Shown: positions 39,000 through 49,091, counted from the stretch's first letter. The stretch is DNA of 64,000 nucleotides from Candidatus Magasanikbacteria bacterium CG1_02_41_34 (GCA_001871445.1 MNVD01000011.1:29382-93381); one strand, 5' to 3'. Numbers and translations are program-made. The notes: a model not told the origin generated them from the sequence alone.

Positions 39000-39337
39000 A
39001 GATCGCAAAAAGTTTTCTGTAGAGGAATATGATCAATCATTTGACGAAAGTTATGCAGATGCTTTTATAGAGAGTTTTTCTTTGAACACCTCGAAAGTAC
39101 TGAATTGTAAACTATCAAAATCATGAGAAGGCCAGACTATTGCTATGGCACAACTCAGTACATTTCTCGGCCGTGTATAGCGCAAAACAAATATAACCTG
39201 ATACCAATTTGATTTAAGAGAGTTAAATCGAGTGCATCTGGGGGGTGGGTAGCTTGATTTATTGCCTCTGTCCGAGTAGACTGTGTATATAACAAGTTGG
39301 GTAATCTACAGAGATAGTCCAAGTAATATACCTACAT

Positions 39338-39763
39338 GTGGACAGTATAACAGTCAATAATTCAGGAATAATTAGTCTCCAAACGTTCAAAGATGGTTTT
39401 GATGGTATTTTGTCTATTGCTGAGTCTGGGAAACAAATTCCTTTTGATGTAAAGTGCACATATTATATTTATAACTTAGTAAACCACGAATCTGTCGTGC
39501 GTGGTAAACATGCTCATAAGTCTCTCAAACAGGCAATCTTTTGTATCAACGGTTCATTTACGTTGTCCCTTGATGATGGTGAGAGTAAACAGGAGATCAT
39601 AATGGATAACCATGGTGTAGGTGTGTATCTTGGACCGGAGTTGTGGCACACAATGACAAATTTCAAGAATAATTGTATTTTGCTTGTGTTGGCATCAGAT
39701 TGGTATGATGAGTCTGACTACATACGAGAGTATGGTGAATTTCTTGCATATATAAAAAAGTAA
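39338..39763 (+). CDS. FdtA/WxcM-like cupin. The family is that of NDP-4-keto-6-deoxyhexose 3,4-ketoisomerases.
   Basis: '[43 protein letters not shown]...[10 protein letters not shown]'. The start is a GTG at 39338 and is uncertain. Confidence 0.55.
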   Translation: MDSITVNNSGIISLQTFKDGFDGILSIAESGKQIPFDVKCTYYIYNLVNHESVVRGKHAHKSLKQAIFCINGSFTLSLDDGESKQEIIMDNHGVGVYLGPELWHTMTNFKNNCILLVLASDWYDESDYIREYGEFLAYIKK

Positions 39764-39764
39764 T

Positions 39765-40850
39765 ATGATTCCATTTGTCGATTTTAAAACTCAATATAAT
39801 AATTTGAAAACTGAGATAGATAAGGCCGTTCATCGAGTGCTTGACAGTGGGTGGTATATCTTGGGAAATGAGGGAATAGCTTTTGAACAGGAATTTGCTT
39901 CGTATGTAGGTACAACATATTGTGTGGGTGTCGCTTCTGGTACAGAAGCGATTGCTCTTGGTCTTATGGCGCTTGGAATAGTTCACGGTGATGAGGTTAT
40001 TACCACAAGTCTCACCGCATATCCAACAATCACGGCAATTGTTCAGTCCGGAGCAACCCCAGTACTTGTTGATATACATACTGAAGATGGTCTGATAGAT
40101 GTTTCAAAAATTGAACAACACATTACATCCAAAACAAAAGCAATAGTCCCGGTTCATCTTTATGGGCAGAGTTGCGACATGGATGCCATCAAGATTGTTG
40201 CAGACAAGCATGATCTTATGATAGTAGAAGATTGTGCTCAAGCCGTAGGTGCCTTATACGAGGGGAAAAAAGTTGGATCGATAGGAGAATGTGGTGCATT
40301 TTCTTTTTATCCTACGAAAAATCTTGGTGCGTATGGTGATGGTGGAGCTATTACTACAAATAACGAGGAATTATATAATCGATTGCTCGCAATGAGAAAT
40401 TATGGACAAACCTCTCGTTACTCACATGATAGTGCGGGGATTAACAGTAGACTTGACGAAATGCAAGCAGCAATATTGCGTGTCAAACTCCTTCATTTGG
40501 ATAAGGATAATAATAGACGGAAAAGTATTGCTCAAAGATATAAAAATGAACTTGTTGGAGTTGAGACACTTTTAGAGCGGACGTATGGTGAAGGTGTGTA
40601 TCATTTATTTGTAGTAAAGACAGACAAAAGAGAGGAATTCATGAAATATATGGAGGAGAATGAAATTAAGACGTTAATTCATTTTCCAATGCCAATTCAT
40701 GCACAAAAAGCATTTGTATGGGAAAGGGATGACGAATATACAAATGCGACTCAGTTTGCAAGCATGATAGTAAGCATTCCTATATATCCAGAATTGGAAG
40801 ATGACCAAATCGATACAATAATTTCAACTATTAATGCCTTTGATAATTAA
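39765..40850 (+). CDS. DegT/DnrJ/EryC1/StrS-family PLP-dependent sugar aminotransferase
   Basis: '[10 protein letters not shown]', '...[44 protein letters not shown]', where the Lys falls in the 'YPTKNLG' motif. Confidence 0.85.
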   Translation: MIPFVDFKTQYNNLKTEIDKAVHRVLDSGWYILGNEGIAFEQEFASYVGTTYCVGVASGTEAIALGLMALGIVHGDEVITTSLTAYPTITAIVQSGATPVLVDIHTEDGLIDVSKIEQHITSKTKAIVPVHLYGQSCDMDAIKIVADKHDLMIVEDCAQAVGALYEGKKVGSIGECGAFSFYPTKNLGAYGDGGAITTNNEELYNRLLAMRNYGQTSRYSHDSAGINSRLDEMQAAILRVKLLHLDKDNNRRKSIAQRYKNELVGVETLLERTYGEGVYHLFVVKTDKREEFMKYMEENEIKTLIHFPMPIHAQKAFVWERDDEYTNATQFASMIVSIPIYPELEDDQIDTIISTINAFDN

Positions 40851-40853
40851 CAT

Positions 40854-41774
40854 ATGCGTGTCTCCATTGTTATCCCTGTCTATAATGGTTCTGAAAGTAT
40901 AGAGAGACTAGTAAGTGGGCTGGTAGAAAAAGTTGGTTCTTTGTATGATTTAGAAATTGTACTAGTAAATGATTTTTCGCCAGATAACTCAAGAGATGTT
41001 TGTGTGGACGTACAAAAACGGTTTTGTAAAAATGTTAAATTTTATAGTTTGGCCAAAAATGCAGGAGAACACAACGCAGTCATGGCAGGTCTCAATAAAT
41101 GTACAGGTGACTATGCTATCATCATGGATGATGATTTTCAAAATCCAATTAGTGAAGTAATAAAACTTATTACATACATCAGTGAACATGATTACGATGT
41201 CGTATATACATATTATGAAGAGAAAAAGCATTCACGTTTTCGTAATTTAGGAAGTTCTTTTAATGACAAGGTCGCAAATATAATGCTTCAAAAGCCAAAA
41301 GATTTGTACCTCTCCAGCTTCAAGGTGATAAACCGGTTTACGATAAATAATATAATTTCATACAAGCTACCTTTTCCATATATTGATGGACTTATCTTAC
41401 GTACGACACGTCATATTGGAAAGCTCAAAGTGGAGCACGCAGCTCGCGAGGTAGGGAAATCGAATTATACACTCAAAAAATTGGTATCATTGTGGTCCAA
41501 CATGTTTATCAATTTTTCTATATTACCACTTCGCATCATGGTCGCTGTTGGATTTCTTTTTGCAGCATGTTCTTTTATTTTTGGAGTATTTGTCGTGTAT
41601 GAAAAATTTACAGACCCGTCACTTCCTCTTGGTTATCCATCACTCCTTATTGCGATTTTGATGTTGTCAGGTATTCAATTAATTTCTATTGGGGTCATGG
41701 GTGAATATATCGGACGTATGTTTTTATCACAAAATAAAACTCCTCAATATACTATAAGAGAGTCATTTGAATAA
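40854..41774 (+). CDS. GtrB/ArnC/CsbB-like polyprenyl-phosphate sugar transferase. It is a GT2 enzyme with a C-terminal TM anchor.
   Basis: The GT2 N-terminus is 'VSIVIPVYNGSESIERLV...IVLVNDFSPDNS'. The DxD-type motif is 'IIMDDDFQNP'. The C-terminal part has two TM helices, 'FSILPLRIMVAVGFLFAACSFIFGVFVV...LLIAILMLSGIQLISIGVMGEYI'. Confidence 0.7.
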   Translation: MRVSIVIPVYNGSESIERLVSGLVEKVGSLYDLEIVLVNDFSPDNSRDVCVDVQKRFCKNVKFYSLAKNAGEHNAVMAGLNKCTGDYAIIMDDDFQNPISEVIKLITYISEHDYDVVYTYYEEKKHSRFRNLGSSFNDKVANIMLQKPKDLYLSSFKVINRFTINNIISYKLPFPYIDGLILRTTRHIGKLKVEHAAREVGKSNYTLKKLVSLWSNMFINFSILPLRIMVAVGFLFAACSFIFGVFVVYEKFTDPSLPLGYPSLLIAILMLSGIQLISIGVMGEYIGRMFLSQNKTPQYTIRESFE

Positions 41775-41785
41775 TAGTACTGTTT

Positions 41786-42529
41786 ATGGAAAAGTATGAA
41801 TATGATGCAATGTATAAATATGAGAATAATCATTGGTGGTATTTGGTATTGGATGATTTGATAAAGAAATATTTAGATAATAAAATCAATGATGACAAAA
41901 TTAATACCCTTCATATTTTTGATGCAGGATGTGGAACAGGGAGGATGATAAAATTGTTGAGTTCCTATGGTGAAGTTCATGGGATCGATTTTTCTGAAGA
42001 GGCAGTTAATTTTTCAAGGAAAAGAGGGTGTAAAAATGTAAAAAAGGAAGATTTAAATAAGTGGAATCCAAAAAATGAAAAGTACGATGTCATTACCTGT
42101 CTAGATGTACTTTACCATTCAAATATAAAAGATGATCTAGATGTGATGAAAGTTTTTTATAGAGCTCTAAAATCAGATGGAATTTTGATAATGAATGTAC
42201 CTGCGTTTGATTTTTTAAAAAGGAACCATGATTTAAAGGTTTCTACAAAAAAGAGGTATATAAAAAAAATACTTAAAAATAATTTAAAAAAAATAGGTTT
42301 TAAGATAGAAATACAGACATATAGATTACCTCTTCTTTTCTTTGTTATTTCGTTTAAAAAAATAATCGAATTTTTTCTAAAATCAACGGATGAAACATCG
42401 GAGTTAAAAGAGTTGCCAACTTTTTTCAATCGATTATTATTTTTTGTACATAGATTAGAAAATAGAATTATATTAAGTAGAGTATCAATTCCCTTTGGAA
42501 GCTCTGTGTTTGTTGTCTGTCGAAAATAA
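41786..42529 (+). CDS. Class I SAM-dependent methyltransferase
   Basis: 'IFDAGCGTGRMIKLL', 'YDVITCLDVLYH'. Confidence 0.6.
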   Translation: MEKYEYDAMYKYENNHWWYLVLDDLIKKYLDNKINDDKINTLHIFDAGCGTGRMIKLLSSYGEVHGIDFSEEAVNFSRKRGCKNVKKEDLNKWNPKNEKYDVITCLDVLYHSNIKDDLDVMKVFYRALKSDGILIMNVPAFDFLKRNHDLKVSTKKRYIKKILKNNLKKIGFKIEIQTYRLPLLFFVISFKKIIEFFLKSTDETSELKELPTFFNRLLFFVHRLENRIILSRVSIPFGSSVFVVCRK

Positions 42530-42552
42530 ATATTAGAGATAAATATAACATT

Positions 42553-43179
42553 ATGAAACATAATATATTAGAAATAATAAAGAAAATAATACATGAATTA
42601 GCTGAAAGACCTGTTATTTTTAATTTACTTCGTCGTATATTGGAATTTAACTATAGAGGAGAAAAAAGAGTCATCCGAGATGAAATTACTGTGTATGATC
42701 GAGTACTTGATTTGGGTTGCGGAACTGGAGAACTTTGTAAAGAATTTATCTCAAAAAAATATGTAGGAATTGATTTAAATGATTTATATATACGATATGC
42801 TAAAGAGAAATATCCTGATTATATATTTGAAACAATGGATGCGACTCAATTGCAGTTTTCTGATAATAGCTTCGATACCATATTAATTTCAGGGGTTTTA
42901 CATCATTGTAATAACGAAGTTGCGATGTCCATTTTGAAAGAAGTACATAGGGTCTTAACACCAAATGGTAAAGTAATTATATGGGAAGATGCGTTGACAT
43001 GTAGTAAGATGAATATAGTAGGTCGGGTAATTCAAAAATTAGATGAAGGTGAACATATTTTAGATAAGGACGGTTATCTCAATCTTTTTCATTTATATTT
43101 TAAAATCACTAAATCATACAACATGGTCAGTGGTTTTTGTGATTACCATGTATTTATTTTGGAAAGTAAATCTAATTAA
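42553..43179 (+). CDS. Class I SAM-dependent methyltransferase
   Basis: 'VLDLGCGTGELCKEF', 'FDTILISGVLHH'. Confidence 0.65.
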   Translation: MKHNILEIIKKIIHELAERPVIFNLLRRILEFNYRGEKRVIRDEITVYDRVLDLGCGTGELCKEFISKKYVGIDLNDLYIRYAKEKYPDYIFETMDATQLQFSDNSFDTILISGVLHHCNNEVAMSILKEVHRVLTPNGKVIIWEDALTCSKMNIVGRVIQKLDEGEHILDKDGYLNLFHLYFKITKSYNMVSGFCDYHVFILESKSN

Positions 43180-43196
43180 AATCTATCAATTCATTT

Positions 43197-45320
43197 ATGA
43201 TAAAATTTCAAAATATAATGAAAAAAATTAGACATATACGGGATCCCAGAATCATTTTTTTGATAGTAACTGTCTTTTTTTGTTTTGAATATTTTATTTT
43301 GGGTCCTTTTTCTTATGCACGCATTGGAGACAATCTAGATAGTTTTGTAATAAGAGCTGTAGTATATTGGCAGAGTATGTTTCGCGATGGAATGATGAGT
43401 TATTGGCTTCCTTATTTTACTGGTGGCATGGACAGACTATCAAATATGTCTTCGTTTGGTGAAATAGGTAATTTATTATATATTTTTCCTGCATGGTTTG
43501 CCTCGGCAATTGTTATTTTATCTTCAGTTTTTTTTGGAGGGTATTATACTTTTAAGATTGGTCATGAAATTTTGGATTTGGATAAAAAAGCTAGTCTTAT
43601 CGCTGGTATTTTATTTTCATCGTTTTTTGTCATTCAGGATCTCAAACCGTTTATGTTAGGGATCGTGGTGTTGCCATTTACTTTATTTTTTTTAGAAAAG
43701 ATATTTTTTAACAAAACTTTTTCTTTATTTAAGAAAAGTATACTTTTCCTCATATTAGGAATCGTGTTTTCGTCTTTTTCGTCTATTACATTAACCATGC
43801 CTTTTGTGGCAATTGCAATAGTAGTTTGGTTTACTCTAGTTAGAAAACAAAAAAATTTAATTTTTTATTTATTACTTTCCATTTTTTTTCTTTTGTCTTT
43901 TCTATTGAAATCTCAAGAGATTTGGAGTTTATTTATTAACACACCATTATCTCGCCGTAGTGCTGAATCATTGTATTATAAAGCAGACCTAAGTCAATTA
44001 TTATCTGAGCTTAGAAATACTTTTAAGACTAACAGCATCGCTCTTCTCATAGTTTTTTTTGGATTTTTTCTTTCGAAAAAAGATAAATTATTTATTATAT
44101 TAATGACTATCTCTCTAGTGTTTATGTTATTACCTACATTTTTTCCAATATTATCAGGTAGTAATTTTGGAAGAGTGTTAGGTCCTTTTCGTAATTTTGG
44201 TTTTAAGTGTTTATATCTTGTTTCTCCTTTATTTTTTTCTTTGGCGGCTGGATACGTATTTAATTATTTTAAAGATACAAGAGCTAGTGTGTTTCTACAA
44301 AAGACCAATAAAGATTACTTATTTTACATACAGAATATCCTAATTTCGATTACTTTGGTTCTGGTTGTTTTTGTAAATTTTTCTATAAAAACGAATCATT
44401 TTTATGTCTGGTTGAAAACTGGTGGATATTATGCAAATACTCACAGTCCTGATGTGTCAGCGTTGGTTGATAGAGAAAAAAATTCTTTACCTTATCGCGT
44501 TGCAATCATAAGTCCTAAATCTTATAAAAGTCTTTATCCCTTTTTATCAAATTTTTATGGATTGGAAACTTCTGATGCTTCCACCGACGTGATGCCACAA
44601 AGAATTGATGAATTTTTTAGGATTATGTCAAATGCAGACACTCGGACATCCCAGTATTTTTTACCAGATGTTGATAGCCAAACAGCAAAGAAAATGATGA
44701 CAAATTTTGATTTGAATAATTTGGTCAATACATCACTTATGTCGTTATTCAATGTGAAATTTGTCTTGACTGACCATATCATCAATTCTGACGGTTTTGA
44801 ATTAATTCAGACTCCTAGCGTGAGTGAATGGAAATCATGGACAGACATGAAAGAATCGGAGAAAATTAAACTTAAATTGGAAGAAAATTTTTTTGGCAAA
44901 AAATTATTAGTGTATGAAAACAAAAATTCTTTTCCAAGATTTTTTTTGGCAAAAAAAGTGGAATTTTTTGATACAGATAATGATCTCTTGAATGCCTTAT
45001 CAGATGCTGATATAAAAAGATTGAGAGAAACTGTTTTTTTGTTAAAACAATACACTGACAAAATTCCTGAAATGAATGGTGTCGATACAGATGTTGATGT
45101 CATAGAATATTCAAATGATAAAATAAAATTGAAAGTTGAAACTGATGGACCATCTGTGTTAGTCATTAGTAATAATTTTACTCCTTTTTGGGAAGTCTAT
45201 GTGGATGGGGTAAAGAAAGAGATAATCCCAGCCTACCATGCTTTAATGGCTGTATCGCTTGAGAGAAATAATAATGAAGTAGAATTAATCTATAAACCTC
45301 CATATGTAGTAAAATTATAG
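43197..45320 (+). CDS. Large polytopic membrane protein, likely a GT-C-fold glycosyltransferase (YfhO- or GtrC-like), with a C-terminal soluble domain
   Basis: 707 aa. There are about 12 TM helices in the first 400 aa or so, followed by a roughly 300-aa hydrophilic C-domain. It sits between a GtrB-like gene and a GtrA-like gene. No family-specific motif was confirmed. Confidence 0.45.
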   Translation: MIKFQNIMKKIRHIRDPRIIFLIVTVFFCFEYFILGPFSYARIGDNLDSFVIRAVVYWQSMFRDGMMSYWLPYFTGGMDRLSNMSSFGEIGNLLYIFPAWFASAIVILSSVFFGGYYTFKIGHEILDLDKKASLIAGILFSSFFVIQDLKPFMLGIVVLPFTLFFLEKIFFNKTFSLFKKSILFLILGIVFSSFSSITLTMPFVAIAIVVWFTLVRKQKNLIFYLLLSIFFLLSFLLKSQEIWSLFINTPLSRRSAESLYYKADLSQLLSELRNTFKTNSIALLIVFFGFFLSKKDKLFIILMTISLVFMLLPTFFPILSGSNFGRVLGPFRNFGFKCLYLVSPLFFSLAAGYVFNYFKDTRASVFLQKTNKDYLFYIQNILISITLVLVVFVNFSIKTNHFYVWLKTGGYYANTHSPDVSALVDREKNSLPYRVAIISPKSYKSLYPFLSNFYGLETSDASTDVMPQRIDEFFRIMSNADTRTSQYFLPDVDSQTAKKMMTNFDLNNLVNTSLMSLFNVKFVLTDHIINSDGFELIQTPSVSEWKSWTDMKESEKIKLKLEENFFGKKLLVYENKNSFPRFFLAKKVEFFDTDNDLLNALSDADIKRLRETVFLLKQYTDKIPEMNGVDTDVDVIEYSNDKIKLKVETDGPSVLVISNNFTPFWEVYVDGVKKEIIPAYHALMAVSLERNNNEVELIYKPPYVVKL

Positions 45321-45366
45321 TGTTCAATTTATTTATTCAAATAGGAGTTTTTAGTAATTATTACTA

Positions 45367-45777
45367 ATGATAAAACATATAATGAAAATTATCAGTCCTC
45401 AATTAATAAGATTTATATTCGTTGGAAGTGTAAATATGGTTTTGAGTTATAGTATTTTTTTGATATGTATTTATTTTTTTTATTTTCATTATACTTTAGC
45501 TCTTATCGTTGAATATTTTTTTGGTATTCTAAATAGTTATTTTTGGAATAGAAGATGGACTTTTAAGAGTGATGGTAATGTCAAGAAGGAAATTAGAAAA
45601 TTTATTTTTGTATATCTCGTGATGTTTGGTTTAAATTATGTATTACTTTCTATATTTATAGACTTGATTAATATGAGAGTTTTTTTTGCACAAATGGTAG
45701 CTATAATAATTATTACCCCCGTAACCTTTTTAGCTCATAAAATGTGGTCTTTTGTTAAGAAAGAAACACACAATTAA
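45367..45777 (+). CDS. GtrA-family small membrane protein (a polyprenyl-P-sugar flippase component)
   Basis: 136 aa with 4 TM helices. The N-terminus 'LIRFIFVGSVNMVLSYSIFLICIYFF' resembles the GtrA 'F..VG...t..d' start. Confidence 0.6.
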   Translation: MIKHIMKIISPQLIRFIFVGSVNMVLSYSIFLICIYFFYFHYTLALIVEYFFGILNSYFWNRRWTFKSDGNVKKEIRKFIFVYLVMFGLNYVLLSIFIDLINMRVFFAQMVAIIIITPVTFLAHKMWSFVKKETHN

Positions 45778-45781
45778 TTTT

Positions 45782-46612
45782 ATGAATCCTCTTATCTCAG
45801 TAATTATGCCATGTCACAGTGATGGGCTTTATATAGCACAAGCTATTAAGGCTGTACAAGCTCAGACGTACACCAATTGGGAGCTTATTATTGTTGATGA
45901 CCATAGTATTGATAATACAGCAAAAATTGTAGAATCATTTGTAAAAGATGATACGAGAATTCGTTATGTATTTTTGGAAGAAGAAGATACGGAGCGAATT
46001 AATAAAAAAGGAGACAATATAAATGCTGGATGGCTTGCGCGTAATTATGGCATGTCTTTGGCAAATGGTGAACTTATTACATTTCAAGACGCAGATGATG
46101 GATCACACACAAATCGTTTTGAAATTCAATTGTATGGGATGGAAAAATATAAAAGTGATCATGTCGTTGTGGATTGGCGTAAGTATAGTGACGATTTAAA
46201 TGAAACGGTATATGATGTGGATATAGATACTTTGCAAGTGATCGATACAGACACTATTTTGAAAACTGTACAAAAAAATAAAAAAGGATTTTTTAAGTAT
46301 CCATTTTCAAGAAATGAAGATAACAATTACTTATCATCAGTTGCTCATAGGTTTGATAGAAAATATTTGAGATCTTGGGACTCGTATCCTTTGGCAGCAA
46401 GTATGCCATTATTTAGACGCTCTGTGTTAGGCGAAGTCCGTTTTAGGCAGTTATATGAGCGTGTCTGGCCATCAGGAAGAGGACGAGGCGCTGATAGAGA
46501 TTTTAATTTTTGGCTTGCAGAGACTTGTAAAACAAGTATAGGACTTGAAGTTCCATTGGTGTTGTGGCGTCATAATGGTTTAGATAATAAAAAATATGTA
46601 GATAGAAATTAG
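45782..46612 (+). CDS. GT2-family glycosyltransferase
   Basis: 'ISVIMPCHSDGLYIAQAIKAVQAQTYTNWELIIVDDHSIDNT', '...FQDADDGS'. The ATG at 45782 lies just after the GtrA stop. Confidence 0.7.
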   Translation: MNPLISVIMPCHSDGLYIAQAIKAVQAQTYTNWELIIVDDHSIDNTAKIVESFVKDDTRIRYVFLEEEDTERINKKGDNINAGWLARNYGMSLANGELITFQDADDGSHTNRFEIQLYGMEKYKSDHVVVDWRKYSDDLNETVYDVDIDTLQVIDTDTILKTVQKNKKGFFKYPFSRNEDNNYLSSVAHRFDRKYLRSWDSYPLAASMPLFRRSVLGEVRFRQLYERVWPSGRGRGADRDFNFWLAETCKTSIGLEVPLVLWRHNGLDNKKYVDRN

Positions 46613-46613
46613 T

Positions 46614-47702
46614 ATGAAAAAAACAAAAATACTATTTATATTTCGTACACCAATGGAAAACATCGGGCAAATTAATGATGGAAAAGTCGATGAGCCTGCA
46701 GAATTTTTATGGGGTATGAAAGATTTGGATCGTTCAATATATGATGTACGTTTTATAAATGCCCCTCGTTTTGGTAAGCGAACAGGTATACGTAGATTCA
46801 CATGGATTTTTGAGGTGGTATTTGCGAAGTATGTCCGTATAGGATTGCCTATAGATATATATTTGAAATATAAAAAAGATATTGTTTGGGCAGATGAAAT
46901 AGTATGTACATATGATCAGGTGTCTATCGGTATATTATTTTGGCGTTTATTCGGCTTTCTTAGAAAGAAAAAAATTCACGCAATTGTAATGAGCTTATCT
47001 GAGCGTATCGTATATTTTAAAAACATTTATCCATTGAAATGGTTTGTTTCATTGCTGTTGCGTCAAGCTGATACTATATTAACTCTTTCAGATGTGGCCT
47101 CACAGGCGATTGAAAAAGAATACGGTGTAGAACGAACAAAAATATATACATGGTATTTTGGGATCGACATTGATTTTTGGAAATCAAAAAAAGAAAATAT
47201 GATATATGATATCATGTCTATTGGAAATGATATGAATCGTGATTTTGAGACACTTATCAGTGCTATTTCATCTGATGATAAGGTAGTTCTTGTGACTAAA
47301 AAAAATATTAGACAAGTGCATAATGATGCGGTTACCGTACTTTCTGGTATTGAGAATACAGAAGTAAGAGAATTATACAATAAGTCTCGTATTATTGTTA
47401 TACCAAGTATTGCCCTAAAAACAGAATCTGCTGGATTAAGCTGTTTTTTGCAAGCACTTTCTTGTGAGAGACCTGTTATTATATCGGATTCACCACCTTT
47501 TAGAGAAATATTTAAAGATGGTATGCATTGTCTTTTTTATATCCCTGGTTCGGTAGATGATTTACGTAAAAAAATTGAATTGTTGAAGAATGATGAAAAA
47601 TTAGCCAAAAAAATAGCAACACAGGGTTATGAATTAGTACGTAATAGGTATACTTGCAAAGACATGTCTAATCAGTTAGACTATCTATTCAAACATAGGT
47701 AA
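46614..47702 (+). CDS. GT4/GT-B glycosyltransferase
   Basis: The C-terminal region 'KTESAGLSCFLQALSCERPVIISDSPPFREIFKDGMHCLFY' is GT4-like (E-x7-E). Confidence 0.65.
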   Translation: MKKTKILFIFRTPMENIGQINDGKVDEPAEFLWGMKDLDRSIYDVRFINAPRFGKRTGIRRFTWIFEVVFAKYVRIGLPIDIYLKYKKDIVWADEIVCTYDQVSIGILFWRLFGFLRKKKIHAIVMSLSERIVYFKNIYPLKWFVSLLLRQADTILTLSDVASQAIEKEYGVERTKIYTWYFGIDIDFWKSKKENMIYDIMSIGNDMNRDFETLISAISSDDKVVLVTKKNIRQVHNDAVTVLSGIENTEVRELYNKSRIIVIPSIALKTESAGLSCFLQALSCERPVIISDSPPFREIFKDGMHCLFYIPGSVDDLRKKIELLKNDEKLAKKIATQGYELVRNRYTCKDMSNQLDYLFKHR

Positions 47703-47711
47703 TATACTTTT

Positions 47712-49091
47712 ATGAACATACTCTACATCGGTGCCGGCTTCGTAGGAGCTTGCTCAGCTGCCGTCTCCGCAGACAGTGGGCATAAAGCTCTTGTCTATGA
47801 TATTGACACAACCAAAATTGAAAAATTAGGGAGTGGAGATCGAGATGTTATTGAATCTTGCCTTTTTGAAAAAGGACTTGGTGATTTGTTGATACGTAAT
47901 AATGAACGTATTGTTTTTACCACTGATTATGCGAAAGTGGAAGCGTTCCTTGACACGTGTGATGCTGTGTTCATGTGTCTTCCTACTCCTGAGGTAGGGA
48001 ATACTGGGGAAAGTGATTTGTCATATTATCGAGCTGCTGCAAATGATCTTGCTGAGGCTCTCGTAAAGAGAAATGATGGAAAACAAGAAGGATATATCGT
48101 TGTTGTAAATAAAAGTACTGTCCCTATTGAAATGGTGGATGAAACTGCACATATCCTGGATAGTCATGGTGTTACATCATACGGTGTTGTTTCAAATCCA
48201 GAATTTCTTGTAGAAGGAAAGGCCATTCAAGGTGCTCTGAAGCCTGATCGTATTGTGGTAGGGGCATGGAACCAAAAGGATTTTGATGTCATGAAACAAG
48301 TGTATCAGCGTTTTTATGACGCTCCAGACGTAAAGTATCTTGAAGTCAACCCAAAAGAAGCTGCTGCTGGTAAACTTTTAGCAAATTATTATTTGTTTGC
48401 AAAACTCGCGATTTGTTTTGATGTCATCGGAAGAACTGCTGAAACATTTTCAGATATTCAATTTGAAGTACTTCGAAAGATTATTGCTTCAGATGTGCGT
48501 ATTGGTGGATGGGGTTTTTATGACAGTCTTTATGCTGGAGGAAGTTGTCTTATAAAAGATGCACGGTCTTTGTCTCATCAATTGCAAACATCTGGACAGG
48601 AAGCCACATTAGTGAATGATACGTATGTCGCGAACCGAAGGCAACTAGAAACATTTCTTGCTCGAGCTGAAAATGATGCTCATTTTGATTGGCGTGGAAA
48701 AAAAGTAGCACTGCTCGGAACAGCGTTCAAACGAGATACCAACGATATTCGTAATTCTCCCAGTATTGATATTCTTCATTTTTGTAAGGAACAAGATGTT
48801 GTTGATGTCGCTGTGTATGATCCTTCTGCCCTTCCTTTGTTTCAGGAGATGTTTCCAGCGTCTGAGAGTATTCATTATACTCAACATGAGTTTGATGCCA
48901 TTGTGGACGCAGATGTTGTTATCATCGCTACTGATTGGCCACAGTTTCGAGGGCTTGCTGATGTCATGATCGGAGAACTTAAGAAAAAACCACTTGTCAT
49001 GGATGGACGTCGTATGTTGCAGCATCGATACGATGATCTCAAAGAAGCTGGTTTTCAGATTATTGCTGTAGGGAGTCCCTTCATTTCATAA
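47712..49091 (+). CDS. ugd: UDP-glucose 6-dehydrogenase-family nucleotide-sugar dehydrogenase
   Basis: 'MNILYIGAGFVGACSAAV', '...LYAGGSCLIKD', '...GTAFKRDTNDIRNSPSI'. Confidence 0.8.
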   Translation: MNILYIGAGFVGACSAAVSADSGHKALVYDIDTTKIEKLGSGDRDVIESCLFEKGLGDLLIRNNERIVFTTDYAKVEAFLDTCDAVFMCLPTPEVGNTGESDLSYYRAAANDLAEALVKRNDGKQEGYIVVVNKSTVPIEMVDETAHILDSHGVTSYGVVSNPEFLVEGKAIQGALKPDRIVVGAWNQKDFDVMKQVYQRFYDAPDVKYLEVNPKEAAAGKLLANYYLFAKLAICFDVIGRTAETFSDIQFEVLRKIIASDVRIGGWGFYDSLYAGGSCLIKDARSLSHQLQTSGQEATLVNDTYVANRRQLETFLARAENDAHFDWRGKKVALLGTAFKRDTNDIRNSPSIDILHFCKEQDVVDVAVYDPSALPLFQEMFPASESIHYTQHEFDAIVDADVVIIATDWPQFRGLADVMIGELKKKPLVMDGRRMLQHRYDDLKEAGFQIIAVGSPFIS

